Of a stretch of DNA of 64,000 nt, positions 27,618 through 42,030 are shown piece by piece (within the stretch, counting starts at the first letter, position 1; each line of letters opens with the position of its first letter). The notes below the pieces were generated by a model. It was not told the origin of the DNA. It saw only the letters and a list, made by a program, of their open reading frames with translations, and did no database searches. This stretch comes from the human T2T-CHM13v2.0 reference genome, Homo sapiens. The stretch lies in assembly GCF_009914755.1 (NCBI RefSeq), contig NC_060935.1. One strand, written 5' to 3'. The position numbers and the translations under genes are program-made.

Positions 27618-28168
27618 CTACACGTACCACTCCTTCTTGGAAATGAAAGACCCGTCGTTCTGAGAAACCATGTTCTCAGCCAAGTCCAGCTGCTCAGGGT
27701 CGTACTGGTAGCCCAGAGTCCGGTCCCCGTAGCCGTCCTGACGGGCCTCGGCCTCATCCACGGTGAAGTAGGGCCGCTTGGCGTCCTCGTCATATTTGGG
27801 GTGGGGGCCGCCCACCTTGCGCTCGCCCCCTCCACCGCCCTCCTCCTCCTCCTCCTCCTCCTCATAGCTGCTTCCACCCAGTGGGCCGGCCTTCTTCTCG
27901 TCGTCTGAGTCGTCGGGGTACTGCAGGTTCTGTGCCATTGGTGGGTGGTGCTGGGGGATGCCTGCCTTGCTGTAGCCGTTGCCATACACGTGCTTCTTGG
28001 TGCTGTAGTCACCCTTGAAGGTGTGCCGGCGCCGACGCAGGGCGACCACGATCCCGCCGACCACAATCAACACCAGCAGGATGCTCCCCGCCACGCCCCC
28101 AATGATGGCCGTGGGCACCGGCCCGGCGCGCCGCCCATGTTCGGGAGGAGACGGGGTGTAGGGGAATT
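27618..28168 (-). CDS. NECTIN1: Nectin-1 alpha terminal exon: TM helix, cytoplasmic tail, afadin-binding PDZ motif EWYV
   Basis: 551 nt, tcacccag|AA TTC CCC ... TGG TAC GTG TAG; EFPYTPS...AIIGGVAGSILLVLIVVGGIVVALRRRR...EEEEEEEEGGGGG...SFISKKEWYV*; gives the 517 aa isoform. Confidence 0.98.
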
Positions 28169-31100
28169 CTGGGTGAGGAAAAGAGATGGAGGGGACAGCA
28201 TCAGCGTGTGCTCCTGGGGTGTAGAGGGGGTGGGAGGGAGGCAGGGAAAGGAGAGGCCAGGAAGGACAGGCTGTCTGCACCCCAGGTTTGAGCAGCTCCA
28301 GTTCGAGGCCCCGCAGCACTCCACCCATCCTGGAGCCCTAACATGCCGCAGCGTTGGTAGCTGGAGTGAGAGACAGGCAAGAGGAGAGGCAGAGGGCAGT
28401 ACCCACAGCACCAGGGTCTTCCATCCCCACTGTCCTTGGTGTGGTGCTGGCCCAGCTCAATCCCTATTCATGGTGCAGTGAGACACGTGTGCCAGTTCCA
28501 GCTGCAGCACACTGCCCACTCCATGCCATTCACAGCCACAACCCTGAGGAGGTATGCCATTCATTCTCATTGGATATCTGAGGAGCTGAGGCTTGCAGAG
28601 GTTAAAGAACTTGCCTGAGGCCACCCAGCAATGATGCATCGTTGCTTCTCCTGCACATAGAACGTGTGCAAATGTCACTGATACCCCTCTGCCAGACACC
28701 TGGCAGTCACTCTGCCCCAACACTATCAACTTGGCTTCCAAGACCCAGAACCAGGAGCCACCTAGGTGTTCTGCACCTGATTTTGTCTGCCTGCAGGGCA
28801 CAGGGAAAACAGGTTCCCAGGCACTGGCTCAGGAGATGCCCCGTGAGTGCCAATCAGCTGCCAAGGTGCCAGAAACTAGGGCTGTGGTTCTTGGCTGTGG
28901 TCTGGGCCTGCAGGGCAAGGTGGGGGCCTGGCAGTGCTGCCAGCCTGGGTTATAAGTGTAAGACACCAGCATGGCAGGGCACAAGCACAGGGCAAGGACG
29001 GCAGAAATGGGGGTGAAAGCATGTGCGTGTGTGCGTGCGTGGCAATGTCGAGTACACACAAGTGGGCACATGCACAGGCATACACGCTTGCCGTCATAGC
29101 AAGCCTGCCACCCAGAGAGCACATGCTGGGAGGGCCTGCATGCCTGTGCCGACATGATGAACATGAGTGTGCAAATCTGTATGCCCCGTGGACACAGCCA
29201 AAATGAGGAGGCAGGAAAGGTGAAAAGAAGAGAAAGGAAGCAGGTGGGACAGGAGAGAAGGCTGGGTGGGTGGCTTTCTGTGCCAGTGGGGCCGGGCCAC
29301 AGTACTGTTCTTTGGCCAACACTGCCCCTTCCCTTGCCTTACAGGGCCTGGGAAGGTGGCTGAAACCAGGGCCATGCCACGGGCCAAAGAGGCCCTAAGG
29401 TGAGGCTAAGGGAAATGGTTCCTGGCACCACCACAGGGTGGCACCAGAGACCACAGCTGGCCTCGGTCAGAGCCACTAGGCTGCGGGTCTAGGGCAAGCC
29501 CAGAAGGCTGACCTCAGCCGCTCAGGCCCTCCTTGCTCCAGGCCCACGTAAAGGGCCAGTTTGCCCGTATACTGTTTGCCTGTATACTGCTGCCAGCTCA
29601 CTCTCTGATTCAGTATCTCTCACTCCATGGGAATCATGCTCCTCCCTGAGCCCACTCCCTCCTCCTGGGGCGTGTGTGGGGTGCTATCCCACTCGGCAGG
29701 CTGCAGCAGGGTGGAGATTCTAGGAAAGAGGAAAGGCCTTCCAGGAATTTGGGCGGGAAGGGCTGACGAAAACACAGGGCCCAAGGAAGGGGAGGCCACT
29801 CACTCATCCAAGGTCACGCGGCTGAGCCAGGACCCCCCAGGGGTTCCTATACACGTGGGCACTGGCAGAGGAGCACTGCCATGGAGGACCCCGCTCCCCA
29901 CCTGCCACCACCATCCTCGGTGCAGGTCAGCCAGCAGCTGCCCAGTACATATCCATGGGATCTTTGTCCTGACCGCCTGTCTCCGCAGCAGCCTCCCTGG
30001 AACCTCAAGCATCTCCCGGCTCACCAGGTCCCATCTGTTTACCGCCCTCAAAAGGGCCCCGCAACTGCTCCCCACGAGATGGGAGCAGCCTCCACCAGGG
30101 GTTCCCCAGAGGCAGCTGGGAAGAACCTAGCCTCCTCTGTACTCAGCCTGCCTGCCCCCCTCCTCGGTTCTCACCCAGATCTGAATGATCTCTCCTGTCT
30201 ACACCTGCCTTCCTCTCTTCATCCATCCCTCCCATCAGCAAACATACTGAGCATCTATCCTGCTAGTCACGGGATATGAGAAACTCACAGCCTCCCCAGG
30301 GAAGCAAAGGACACTCAGAGACAGCACATGCAGATGTTAAGGGAACAGGCAGGGAAGTGCAGGGTGCAGGGGAACGGGGTGGTGTGTCTTGGCATTAGAG
30401 AAGGCTTCTTGGAGGAGGCCGGACTTGGAGAGGCCAGGAGGATAAGGAAGCATCCAGATGGAGGGAGCTGCCATTTTTCTGAAACATGTCCCTTGCCTTC
30501 CCATACAAGATTCCGTGGTTCTCGGCTTTCCTCTCTGAGTGCTATCTCCAGCTGTGTTGCTCCTTTTCTCTGTTCCAGCTGTCTCGCTGGACGCTTTGTC
30601 CTGGGACCCTCAGCCTTGACCCTCTGCTTTCTTTCCTAGTGACAGACTAGTATCAACTTCTGGAGTCACCCTTATCCTGCTGGCTGTCCAAATTATTTAG
30701 GGTACATAGTTCTCGCCCAACTCTGGGACTGTATCTCCACAGCATCTCCCAAACTGTGGCCCATGGAATCTCAAACCATTGGCTCAAAGGGTCAGCAAAA
30801 ATAGGGGGGTCGAGATGTTGGCTTAGACAAAAGCATCAGAGCCTGTTACCTTCTCGTGCACACTGTGAACTACTAGAGGGACACGTCAAATGCCATGTTT
30901 CCCAACATACTGGAACATGAACCCCATACCTCCTGCCTCCAAGACAGTCTCACATAACTGATATCTAGGTGGACACATTAGAAAAACTGACCTCTAGCAC
31001 ACCCTCATTTGGAATTCTCACCACCACTTCAAAACCCATCTGTACCAACCTGGTTTGCCATCTTCCTTCTAAACCCTCTCCATTCGATACAACTTCCTGT

Positions 31101-32000
31101 CGCCACTGTCACCACCATGGAACTTATGCCAGGTTTTACTGCTGTGGTCGATTCCTAAATCTCCCACTTTCCTTTTGCCTCTGCCTGCCTTGAATCACCC
31201 CACCCGCAGTCACCAGGTTAATCTTCACTCTGTAGACACAACCACTCGCTTTCTCAAAGACCAGCAATGGCTCCCCAACTGCCTGTTGGGCTGTGCAGTC
31301 TGGCCTTCAAAGCTTCCATCATGCAACCGTATCTTGGGTTTGGTCAACTCACCTTCCTTGCTGTCCTTGTTATCCAAGTTGATTCCTTACTGCAAGCCTT
31401 TACACATGCAGTTTGCCCCGCCAGGAGTGCCTTTCCTCATCCTCCCTCCCCACCGATTGCACTTCTCCAGCCCCTTCTTCAGGAGCCTTCTCTTCTCCAG
31501 TTTACCGTGATCTTTTTCTCTTTCGAATTTTTATGTACTAATGGTCTGCACCTCTCATTCTGGTTGTGACAATTGCTAAGGTCATTCCATTAATCACATA
31601 CTGACATAGCATGGTAAAGCCTGTATAAATTGCAAATAAATGCAAATTAGAAGTTACCATGGCTGGCTCTGGTCCTTCTGCCAGTTTTCAAATGGCTAAA
31701 GTTCTTCTCTTCTGCAGGAATGAGGACAGGGTTTGAGGAAGTGGCAGCCTCATGATCATTTGGGATTGACTCATTTCAGTGTGTTGCAGTAGTCTATAAG
31801 CTCACTATTGTTACATTTGTGCTTTCTTCAACAGCAGAGACCCAATAAAAAATAAAGCTCTCCTACATCTTCCTCAACTAGGTTGAATTTTCTGGACCTC
31901 TCAAGCCACATCATTGCAGTATGGTAGAGTGTACGGTCTTATCTGTTTCACAGGAATGACTGGTGTCCCAACTAGTTTGTAAGTTATAATTGAAAATGCA

Positions 32001-32297
32001 GGCTGGGCACAGTGGCTCATGCCTGTAATCCCAGCACTTTGGGAGGCCGAGGCGGACGGATCACCTAAGGTCAGGAGTTCAAGACCAGCCTGACCAACAT
32101 GGTGAAACCTCGTCTCTACTAAAAATACAAAAATTAGCCAGGTGTAGTGATGGGTGCCTGTAATCCCAGCTACTTGGGAGGCTGAGGCAGGAGAATTGCT
32201 TGAGCTGGGAGGTGGAGGTTGCAGTGAGCCAAGTTTGTGCCATTGCACTCCAGCCTGGGCAACAGTGCAAGACTCCGTCTCAAAAAAAAAAAAAAAA
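32001..32297 (+). mobile_element. AluS-like element
   Basis: Full dimer; AAAATGCA on both flanks. Confidence 0.92.
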
Positions 32298-32299
32298 TG

Positions 32300-33305
<1,006 letters not shown>

Positions 33306-33467
33306 TACAATGGCAAGATTATGTCTTAGAGATAAGCCTTGTTCTAGGCAGAGCAAGTATTGTAAGGAGAGACTCGAATAAACCTGCATGGGGCCCACTG
33401 GGACCTTGTTTCTCTGGAGTGGGTGACAGGAGGAGTGGTGTGGTGGCTTGGGACCAGATGACACTAG

Positions 33468-33810
<343 letters not shown>

Positions 33811-36800
33811 AACTTTTTTCCTTAAGTCTTAAGGAGGTTTACTCTTTCCTGGGGATCTTTTGGGACCAAAGAACCCCGGTTATTTTGTTTAGGGCTGGGC
33901 CTGTGTAGCAGCAGCAGAATGGCTGGGATGACCTTCCAGCATCAAAGACTTTCGAGTGAGGATACTGAGTGAGGGAGAGAAGAAAGGAGAAGCATGGGGA
34001 TCTAACTCATTTGCAAGCAGAAGGGGCTGTCTGGCGTGGAGTGGAGCGTCCTCCCCTCCCCCTCCATCCCTCCAGCTGTTACACTCAGCCAGTAGCTCCT
34101 GTCTCTGTGCCAGGAGCAGAGCTGCAAGGGCCGCAGCTGGGAGGAGAGAGAAGAGCCAGGCCGCAGGGTCATTTGTGTTTGCTGGCAGGGGCCCAGCCAG
34201 CCTCCCTCACATCCTCTTACAAAGGGAGCAGCTTGTCCCTATTCCTGAAGGGTTGTAACCTCTCTTCTGGGGTCCCTGGCTGGCCAAGACAGTGGGGAAG
34301 TGGGGGCTCTGCATGCCTTTGGGGTCCTGGTTCTCTGACTGAGGTGGGTGGGCTGGTGCTGGGGGCTTTGGATAGATCTGAGGTGGAGTGAAGTGTTAGG
34401 GCTTACAGTCTGGATCTAGGATCTGGAGGTTTGGGGTCAAAGAGAATGTTTGGGTTTGCCTCCGAAACCAATGCCTGGCGCTTCCTCAGGCAGGAAATGC
34501 TCCGGCATCAGATTAGGCCTGGAAGCTGCAAGAACTACACCCCCCAGCATGCAGTGCAGCCAGCCACAGGGAGAGTGGGGAGGCCTGGGGTCCACCTCTG
34601 GGAAGCCCTTCTGTCCATCTGCAGCTGCAGCAGCTGTGCCTCGTGTCAGACCATCAGGCAGGGCCTCGGCAAGCTGGGGGAGAACCGAATCCTCCCAGAG
34701 GCACGGATGCAGCTGCCTTCTCAGACCTCCCAACACACTGCCATTCGCTGGCTCAGAGAATGGCACGTTGCCACGGCACAGCCACGGGCTCCCACATGCA
34801 CACTCAGCATGCAGACGGAGCCTGTTCACACTGGTTCACATTTACATGCCCAGAGACACATGTCCATACCATGGCTGGGCATGCACACTTGCAGGCTCAC
34901 ACCTGCCTCCCTTCCAGGACACTGGCCTTCAAGGCCCGCAATTCTGGGTCTGAAGAACTCCAGGACTGATGGGCAGACTGTGACCCTCACCTGCAAGGGA
35001 TGAGCCCGGGCTTCACTGGAAATGTGAGTTGGGACAGACGCCCTGCACCCTGGGATGGACATCCTACACCCTGGCAGCCTCCCTGTCCTGCTCTTGGGAG
35101 TGGCGAGAGGCTGGGTCCCAGCTGGAGAGGCCTGGCCTGTCTCCTCCCGACACCCACAGGGATAGAGGCTGCCTCATCTGTTTTTTTTCAGTCTGGTGGA
35201 GGCTGCACCCTGGGCCTCTCCCCACCTTGTCATTACCCCAGAGGGAGAAGGGAGGGAGCTTCATTTTGTGACCACTGGGCCCACCCCATGAAACTGCTCC
35301 TCTGTGTAAGGGCCTCTGAAAGGGGTTCTCTGGGGCCTGTGCCCACGGAAGCACACACAGATTCTGTCCGGTCCATCTCCTCGGTGCCCCCATCGCCACA
35401 GCCACAGCCTGGGCCTGTTGTTTCCCACTAGGGACTCACTCATGGTGGCAGCTCCTAACGGGTGTGCCGGTGCCATCCACACAGCCCCCTGAATGCTCAG
35501 TCTAACCCACACACCTCGCCACGGTGCTTCCTGGCTGAGAGCCCTTCAGAGACTCCCTGTGGCCAACAGAGAGAAGGCCTTGCTCCTTCCTCCCTGCCCA
35601 CTCTGCTCCAGCCATTTTCCTTCCCATGCTTCCCTGGCCTGGGCATCCCGCCCTCCAGCCCTGCCTACTCACTCATCTCCCAGCAACCACTCAGTGCTCC
35701 TTCCTCAGGGGCCCAGGTCCCCAAGAAGCCATGCCAAAGCGAGTCTGCGCAGGTGTGCAGTGGCCCAGCACACACGTGTTCTGCATATGCGTGTCCCTCC
35801 AGCACACCCCCTGCTGCCCACCTTCTGCCCTGCCCCAGTCACTCCTCATTTCCCTTTCCAGATGTGCCCAGGGTAAAGTTATTACCCGAACGAATGCCCA
35901 GAATGAAAAATTAAATTTCCACTTATCCCTCTCGCTCATGCATTCCCTCTGGACCAGTGGGGCTTAGAGCAAGGGCATGGCTGTGCCCTGCGGGGTGGGC
36001 TCCCCAGAGAATGTGGCAGGCACGGGCCGACGTGGAATGGAGGGTGGTGAGGTCAGCTGCTGCTTGGAAATTGCCTGAGAGCACAAGAACAAACAGCCCT
36101 GAGAAGGCTCAGGCCAACTCCCTGAGTCCTCTGGAGGGGGCTGAGAGTCCCTTCCGAGAGAGGCCAGCCGCTCAGCGCCTGGGCCTATCAATGATTCAGT
36201 GAGTGCCATGCGTCCCTGGCTCCTGCCTAACGGGGCTGCCAGCAAGAGCCATGTTGTGTCCCTCTTCCAGCTGGGACCCTAGGTGGCCCGGCCCTCCTGC
36301 CCCCAGCCCACACCCCTCACATGTTGATAGCCCACCATCAGGGGAAGGTATCACCACGCAGGGAGTACTGCATGATCGTAAGAAGCCTGAGACAAGTGTG
36401 AGTATCCCCATATCAGAGGTTAGGAAGCCAAGGCTCAGAGAGGTGAAGCACTTGCTCAAGGCCACACAGCTAGGAAGAGCCAGTGTGTGAACACTCAGGC
36501 CAGGTCTGTGCTGTCTCCCATGTGACAGTGCCTCCCTGAGGGGTGGTCATGTTCCCTATGGCCACTCCACATGGAACACAGGCCCTGCCCTTCCCACCTC
36601 CCCCTTGACTCCCCCAGTATCTCAGAGCTGGAGCTTGGGTAACCATGAGGCTCATTTTGAGCTGTACTTGGACCTTCCCCGCTGGGGAGAAGTGTGTGAC
36701 ACCGGCCCCTTCCACCTGCCAACCCGTGGAAACCCCCCAGCTTTCCCCAGGCTCCAACCCTGATGCTCCTCCTCCTATGACTAGTCTCGGGGCCAAGGCC

Positions 36801-37283
36801 AGGGATTGCAGACAACAGCAGGTGGCTCCACACTCCCGCCCCTGGGTGAGAGACGTGACAGAACGGCTCTGAGGACAGGTAGGCGCAGACCCTGGACAAC
36901 TTCACGTGGCTCTTTCTGCAGCTGTGTCCTAAATATACCCACAAATGAGGTCTCCCACTCCCGAGACACTGGCTCAGAGCTCATGAATCCTCGTGGCTTG
37001 CAGGTGTGCAGTGGCTTTGTGGCCGGAGCCCAGCAACTGCCGACCAGTCTTCTGTGTCCCTGAGCATGTTACTTCCTATATCTCAGTCACAGTGGGACAC
37101 CACTTCCTTTTTTAAGACACTCGGTCACCCTGTCACCCTGCAGATAGCTCAGGTCCACTGTAAAAGACGCTCCCCATGTGAAGTTGTGATGGCAGTTTAC
37201 CCCTGTGTGGACTTGTTTTGATGCTTCCATTAATAATAATGATGATGATGGAGGTCAGGGTAATAATCACGGAACATTGGCCA

Positions 37284-37289
37284 TTTATT
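37284..37289 (-). terminator. Poly(A) signal for the gamma isoform
   Basis: AATAAA on the minus strand ~175 nt after the gamma stop codon. Confidence 0.7.
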
Positions 37290-37463
37290 GACAGACTGAT
37301 CTGTGCTAGGTGCTTGACTTACATCACGTAGAATTCTGACAACAGCCCTTCAAGGTACATCATACTGTCCCCGTTTTACAGATGGTGGGGGGGGCCCTGT
37401 CCAGGGTCACAGCTGTCTGACATCAAGCCCATGCTCCTTTCACGTCCCAGGTGAAGTCTCTCC

Positions 37464-37519
37464 TCAGAACATCCTAGCTCTTGTCCTCCCTTTGCCCGGA
37501 TAGATAAGTTGACAGAAAG
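37464..37519 (-). CDS. NECTIN1: Nectin-1 gamma (soluble) terminal exon, coding part
   Basis: tttccctgcag|CT TTC TGT CAA ... ATG TTC TGA gives AFCQLIYPGKGRTRARMF*, with no transmembrane segment; matches the known gamma C-terminus (352 aa). Confidence 0.93.
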
Positions 37520-38030
37520 CTGCAGGGAAAGCTCAGTTGCAGGGCACACAAAGCACTATGGCTTTGGGCTACATCTTCGCTTTCTCTCCAGTCTCCCTGC
37601 TTGAGGTAAGCCTCACTTTCTGGCCCATGAAGAGGTCCTTGACCACAGGTGCAGAGCTTGGAGGAGATGAGCTCCACCTGCAAACCTATCCCCACCATGC
37701 CAGCATCCCACAGCGTGTTCTGCTGGCAGATCTACGGGCAGGTTCTATTGGCCCCCAAAACAGCATTGCTGTAAACAGCACTTCCTTCTTCCCTCTCAGA
37801 GCCTTCCTCCTGCCCCTCTCTGATTGGGGGTCACCCTGACTGTCTCATTTGCACCCTTTAATGAAAGAAAGAGAAAAGCAAAGCAAAACCAATGGCCAGA
37901 GCTCAAGGGAGAACTAGAGAAGCAGGAAAAGGAGATAATCTTCCTGCAGTGGCATTGCTCAAAGGTGAGGGATGCAGGTGGCGAAGGAACCCGTGGGTGC
38001 GGAGAGGCTGGGGAGGATGCAGCTTCCTAC

Positions 38031-38182
38031 CTGTGATATTGACCTCCACCTGGCCTGAGCGTGTACCGATGGGGTTGGTGGCCTCACAGATGTAGGTCCC
38101 TGCCAGGCTGTAGTTGATGGGTCCCTTGAAGAAGAGGGTTCTGTTCTGGGCCTCCACACCCTTGGGGAGAGAGCCATTTAGC
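38031..38182 (-). CDS. NECTIN1: Nectin-1 exon 5: second half of third Ig domain; common donor for all three isoform ends
   Basis: 152 nt, cccacag|G CTA AAT GGC ... ATC ACA G|gtagga; LNGSLPKGVEAQNRTLFFKGPINYSLAGTYICEATNPIGTRSGQVEVNIT. Confidence 0.98.
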
Positions 38183-38597
38183 CTGTGGGAAGTGGGAGAC
38201 ACAGCGTAGGGTTATGACTCTCCAGCCTCAAGAAGCTGTTCCTGGGTCACCCACTTGGCTCCAGGCCCCCTAGCCTTTTGCTGAGCTTGTGTGGTAGAGT
38301 CTGTCTTTGAAGGAAGAAAAATAATAATAATAATCTCTTTCACTTGGTAGTTTTATATTATTCAGCTTTTCATATTTGATCATAATATGGGAATATAGGC
38401 AGGCTAGGTAGGTGCCGGTCCCACTTAACAGATGAAACCTGAGGTTCAAGGCCAGGGAACCACAGCTAGCAGGCAGCAGCATGGGAGCTCCAGCCAATTC
38501 TCGGGACTCCTGGTAAAGTGCTCTTTCTACTTTCCATTCACGTCTCATGGTTGTTGGTCCTTGGTCTCCTGGGCAGCTGGTTAATAATACAGATGCC

Positions 38598-38984
<387 letters not shown>

Positions 38985-39973
38985 TCAGGTAACGAGATAG
39001 GAAGTATGTTCCATTCCACTACTTTGTGTTTTTGCTGGGAATGTCACAGGACCTTTTCATGTGGGAAGTGACTTGCAAATTTGCCAAGGACAAAGGATCT
39101 TCTTCCTTCCTCCTGACCCTCAAAGGCCACAAAGCTATTCTGTTGAACCTAGCAGCTCCTGGGTCCACAGAGCTGAAACCAGCCAGCAGGCTCTGCCCAC
39201 TCACACCTTCAGAAGCACTTTTTATTCCAGGAAGTGGAGGATCATAGGTAGGGCATACCAGTGCCCTCTGCTCCCCAGAAAAAGAAGGCAGACTCCTTCT
39301 GGGCAGCTGTCTCCTGGCCACCCATATCAACCTTCTCCTTGGTTCCCCACGTCCCTGTCTTTCTGTGTGTTCCATCCAGCTCTTCTCTGGGAAGAGCCTT
39401 GGCCCCAGCTGTCAGAGCCGGCTGGAGGGGAGAAGGCGAAGGCAAGGCAAGGCGAAGACCGTGAGGCCAAGAAGGGGATGGTGGGCCGCAGGGCACGTGC
39501 TCCATGAGCACAGGCATTCTAGGCTGGCTGCTGCCTCCTCCCCAAGAATCTGGGGGTGCCAGAGAGAAGGAATAGGGACAAAGAAAGAGCTGAGATGCTC
39601 CAGAACACTGGCTTCCCTGGGGACACCTTGATAAAAATAAATACTGGGGGGTTGGGGTGGGAGTGACTCAGACTGAATCACCAAAGGAAAACGACAAAAC
39701 TCTTTATTAGGAAGAGGGAGGGAAGCAGATCACAAAGGAAACCCCTCTGGCAGAATAGCTTGTTCCATTGACCTTGACACTGTCACACATGGACGTAATG
39801 TATATGTGTGTGTTGGGGGTGGGGGTTGTTCTCTCATGGCCCCGCTTCTTACTGAGCCCAGACCCTAATTTCTTCCCTGCCTAAAGGCTCCTGGAGGTAG
39901 GATGGTTGCCCCTCATCACCCGTGGTCCAGTCAGCTGTCTTCCAAGGTGACTGGTCAGCCCTGCAGCACTTAC

Positions 39974-40091
39974 GTGGTCCAGTGGTACTCAGTGGCTGGG
40001 GGGTTAGCATCAGCTTTGCAGGTGAGCTTCACGTCCATCCGCTGCAGGTACCAGTTGCCATCAAACCCCTCAATGGTTACCTCAGGCTCAT
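39974..40091 (-). CDS. NECTIN1: Nectin-1 exon 4: first half of third Ig domain
   Basis: 118 nt, ccacag|AT GAG CCT ... TGG ACC AC|gtaagt; YEPEVTIEGFDGNWYLQRMDVKLTCKADANPPATEYHWTT. Not in the ORF track because it is short. Confidence 0.97.
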
Positions 40092-40426
40092 CTGTGGGGC
40101 AAGGGATGTTTGAAGAGGGTGAGGTCAGGAGAGCGGGACTTAGAACAAGGGAACTTCAGCCAGGAAGGGATGGAAGGAGCAGTGGCATGGAAACAGCCAG
40201 GAGAGAGGGAAGTATGGGTGGGAGGGTGGCAATCACAGAGCCCGGGAGTGGAAACAGGAGGGCGACAGGGAAGGAGGAGAGAAAACGAGCAAAGGGAGGA
40301 GATAGGGGAGACAGGAGGGGAGAAGAAAGCACCCCCAGAAAGAGAAAGGGAGGAGAAAGGAGAGGAGGAGGGAGGAGGGACAGTGGCGCCCACCCCAGGA
40401 GGCCCCTGGCAGCCAGCCCTGCTCAC

Positions 40427-40729
40427 ACTGCACGTTGAGAGTGAGGCTTTCCTTGAAGCGGTCCATGTGGTAGTTGACGATGCAGGCCAAGGACTGCTGG
40501 TGGGCTTCCCTGCTGGGCACCAGGCGGTAGCGGCTGATGACCGTCACTGTGCCATTGGGGTTCCGGATCTCCTGGTACTCTGCCTCACCTTTTAACCGAG
40601 TTTCCCAGGATACCACACTGGGAGGCTTCCCATTGGCTGAGGTGCAGGTGGCCACCAGGACCTTGTCATCCTGCCCCTTCTTGGCTCGAAGCACTGCCTG
40701 GGTACCCTCTATCCAATTGGTGGGTTTGG
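40427..40729 (-). CDS. NECTIN1: Nectin-1 exon 3: second Ig (C-type) domain
   Basis: 303 nt, cctcgcag|CC AAA CCC ... GTG CAG T|gtgagc; AKPTNWIEG...VATCTSANGKPPSVVSW...LACIVNYHMDRFKESLTLNVQ. W185 codon TGG (40605-40607) is intact. Confidence 0.98.
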
Positions 40730-41286
40730 CTGCGAGGAAGCAGAGAGAGTGATGGGACTAGCCCTGTTGACTTGTCCAAGATGCACCGGCCAAAAGGGCG
40801 TGGCATCCGTCAGGCCTTGTCTTCAGGTCCCCTTGGCCATCCCTGCCTCTCAGCTGTGCTGCACCAAAGACTGTCCCAGAACCTCTTGCAGGAAGTTCAT
40901 CATGTCTAACGTTATGTCCTCCCTGCCCTACTAGTCATATCCCTGTCATCGAGCTTAGGCCTCCTGGAGTCCCAGCATGTCTAAGGCAAGCAGCGCAGGT
41001 GGCTCCTTTCCTTACCGTGGTGTCTGATGCTGCTGCCAGCACAGTGCCTTGTGGGCTTCAACCTGAAGAATCACGTTCCCCACTGTCTAGAGATAAGCCC
41101 CTGCCCCTAATCCCTAGTGAATTGTGGGGTGGCCTGGCTAGAAGGGACTGGAAGCCTCATGCCTAGAATGATGGCAGCATGCCCACCCAAGGGGGATGTC
41201 TGGGGTCATTGAGGCATCCTGAGGATGGCCACGCCCCGAGGTCACAGGCCTCTGGATGAACAGGGAGGGGGCCCAGGGCAGCTTAC

Positions 41287-41637
41287 CCATCACCGTGAGA
41301 TTGAGCTGGCTTTCTCGATTGCCCGTAGGGAAGGTAGCAAACTCGCAGATGTAGACACCCTCATCCTCCAGCTCCAGGCGGGAGAGGCGGATAGTGCCAT
41401 CGGTGAAGGAGGGCCGCAGGAATTCCACACGCTCGCGGTAGGGAGCCAGCACGGACACGCCCATGGATGGGTTGTAGATGGCCACGTTCTGCTTGGAGCC
41501 ATTGGTGGACTTCTGCCATGTGACCTGGGTGATCTTCACGCTGGGAAGCGGGTTGGCAAAGCTGCAGTGCAGAACCACGTCTGTGCCGATGAAGCCATAC
41601 ATGGAGTCGTTCACCTGGACCACCTGGGAGTGGACGC
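41287..41637 (-). CDS. NECTIN1: Nectin-1 exon 2: end of signal peptide plus Ig V domain (HSV gD-binding and adhesion domain)
   Basis: 351 nt, ctggccag|GC GTC CAC ... GTG ATG G|gtaagc; encodes GVHSQVVQVNDSMYGFIGTDVVLHC...YICEFATFPTGNRESQLNLTVM; phase 1-1. Confidence 0.98.
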
Positions 41638-41734
41638 CTGGCCAGGAGGATGGCAGCAAGTGGTCAGTGTCAGGCACAGCCTCCCCCCACCCACACAGTT
41701 CCCTGTGCTCTGGCCTTGTCTTTTATAGCAGTCA

Positions 41735-42030
41735 TTATTGTTTTTATTCCGATTGTAAAAATATTAATTACTTGTTATAAAAACACTCTAGGCAACACTG
41801 AAAAATCATGAGAAGAAAGTGACAACATCCCATGATCCTTCCGCTCAGGATAATCTTGAAGGATCTATCTCCTTTTACTTTATATCTGTGTATATCCACA
41901 TAACCATCTATCTATTTTAAAAAGTCAGAATCATGCTGTACATATTATCCCATAAGCTGCTTTTTTACTTAGGGATAGATTATAAACATCACTCTGTGTT
42001 AGTAAACATACGTCTGCACCCTCATTTTTG
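41735..42030 (-). mobile_element. Old L1 (L1ME-like) fragment
   Basis: AT-rich block with AATCATGCTGTACATATTATCC...CTGCTTTTTTACTTAG, typical of antisense L1ME 3' sequence. Confidence 0.55.

Noticed and set aside
27380-28066. 228 aa alternative-frame ORF overlapping the alpha exon (and antisense ORFs 27501..27908, 27945..28481)
   Set aside because: Typical shadow ORFs of GC-rich coding sequence; no independent start context or recognisable domain.
28169-28328. N-terminal extension of ORF 27618..28328
   Set aside because: Intronic; the true exon starts at the AG acceptor at 28168.
34867-34886. p63/p53-like CATG-N6-CATG site
   Set aside because: Four mismatches to the RRRCWWGYYY x2 consensus; too weak without ChIP data.
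41138-41677. ORF-track boundaries as a stand-alone single-Ig protein
   Set aside because: The parts outside 41287-41637 are intron read-through flanking canonical splice sites.
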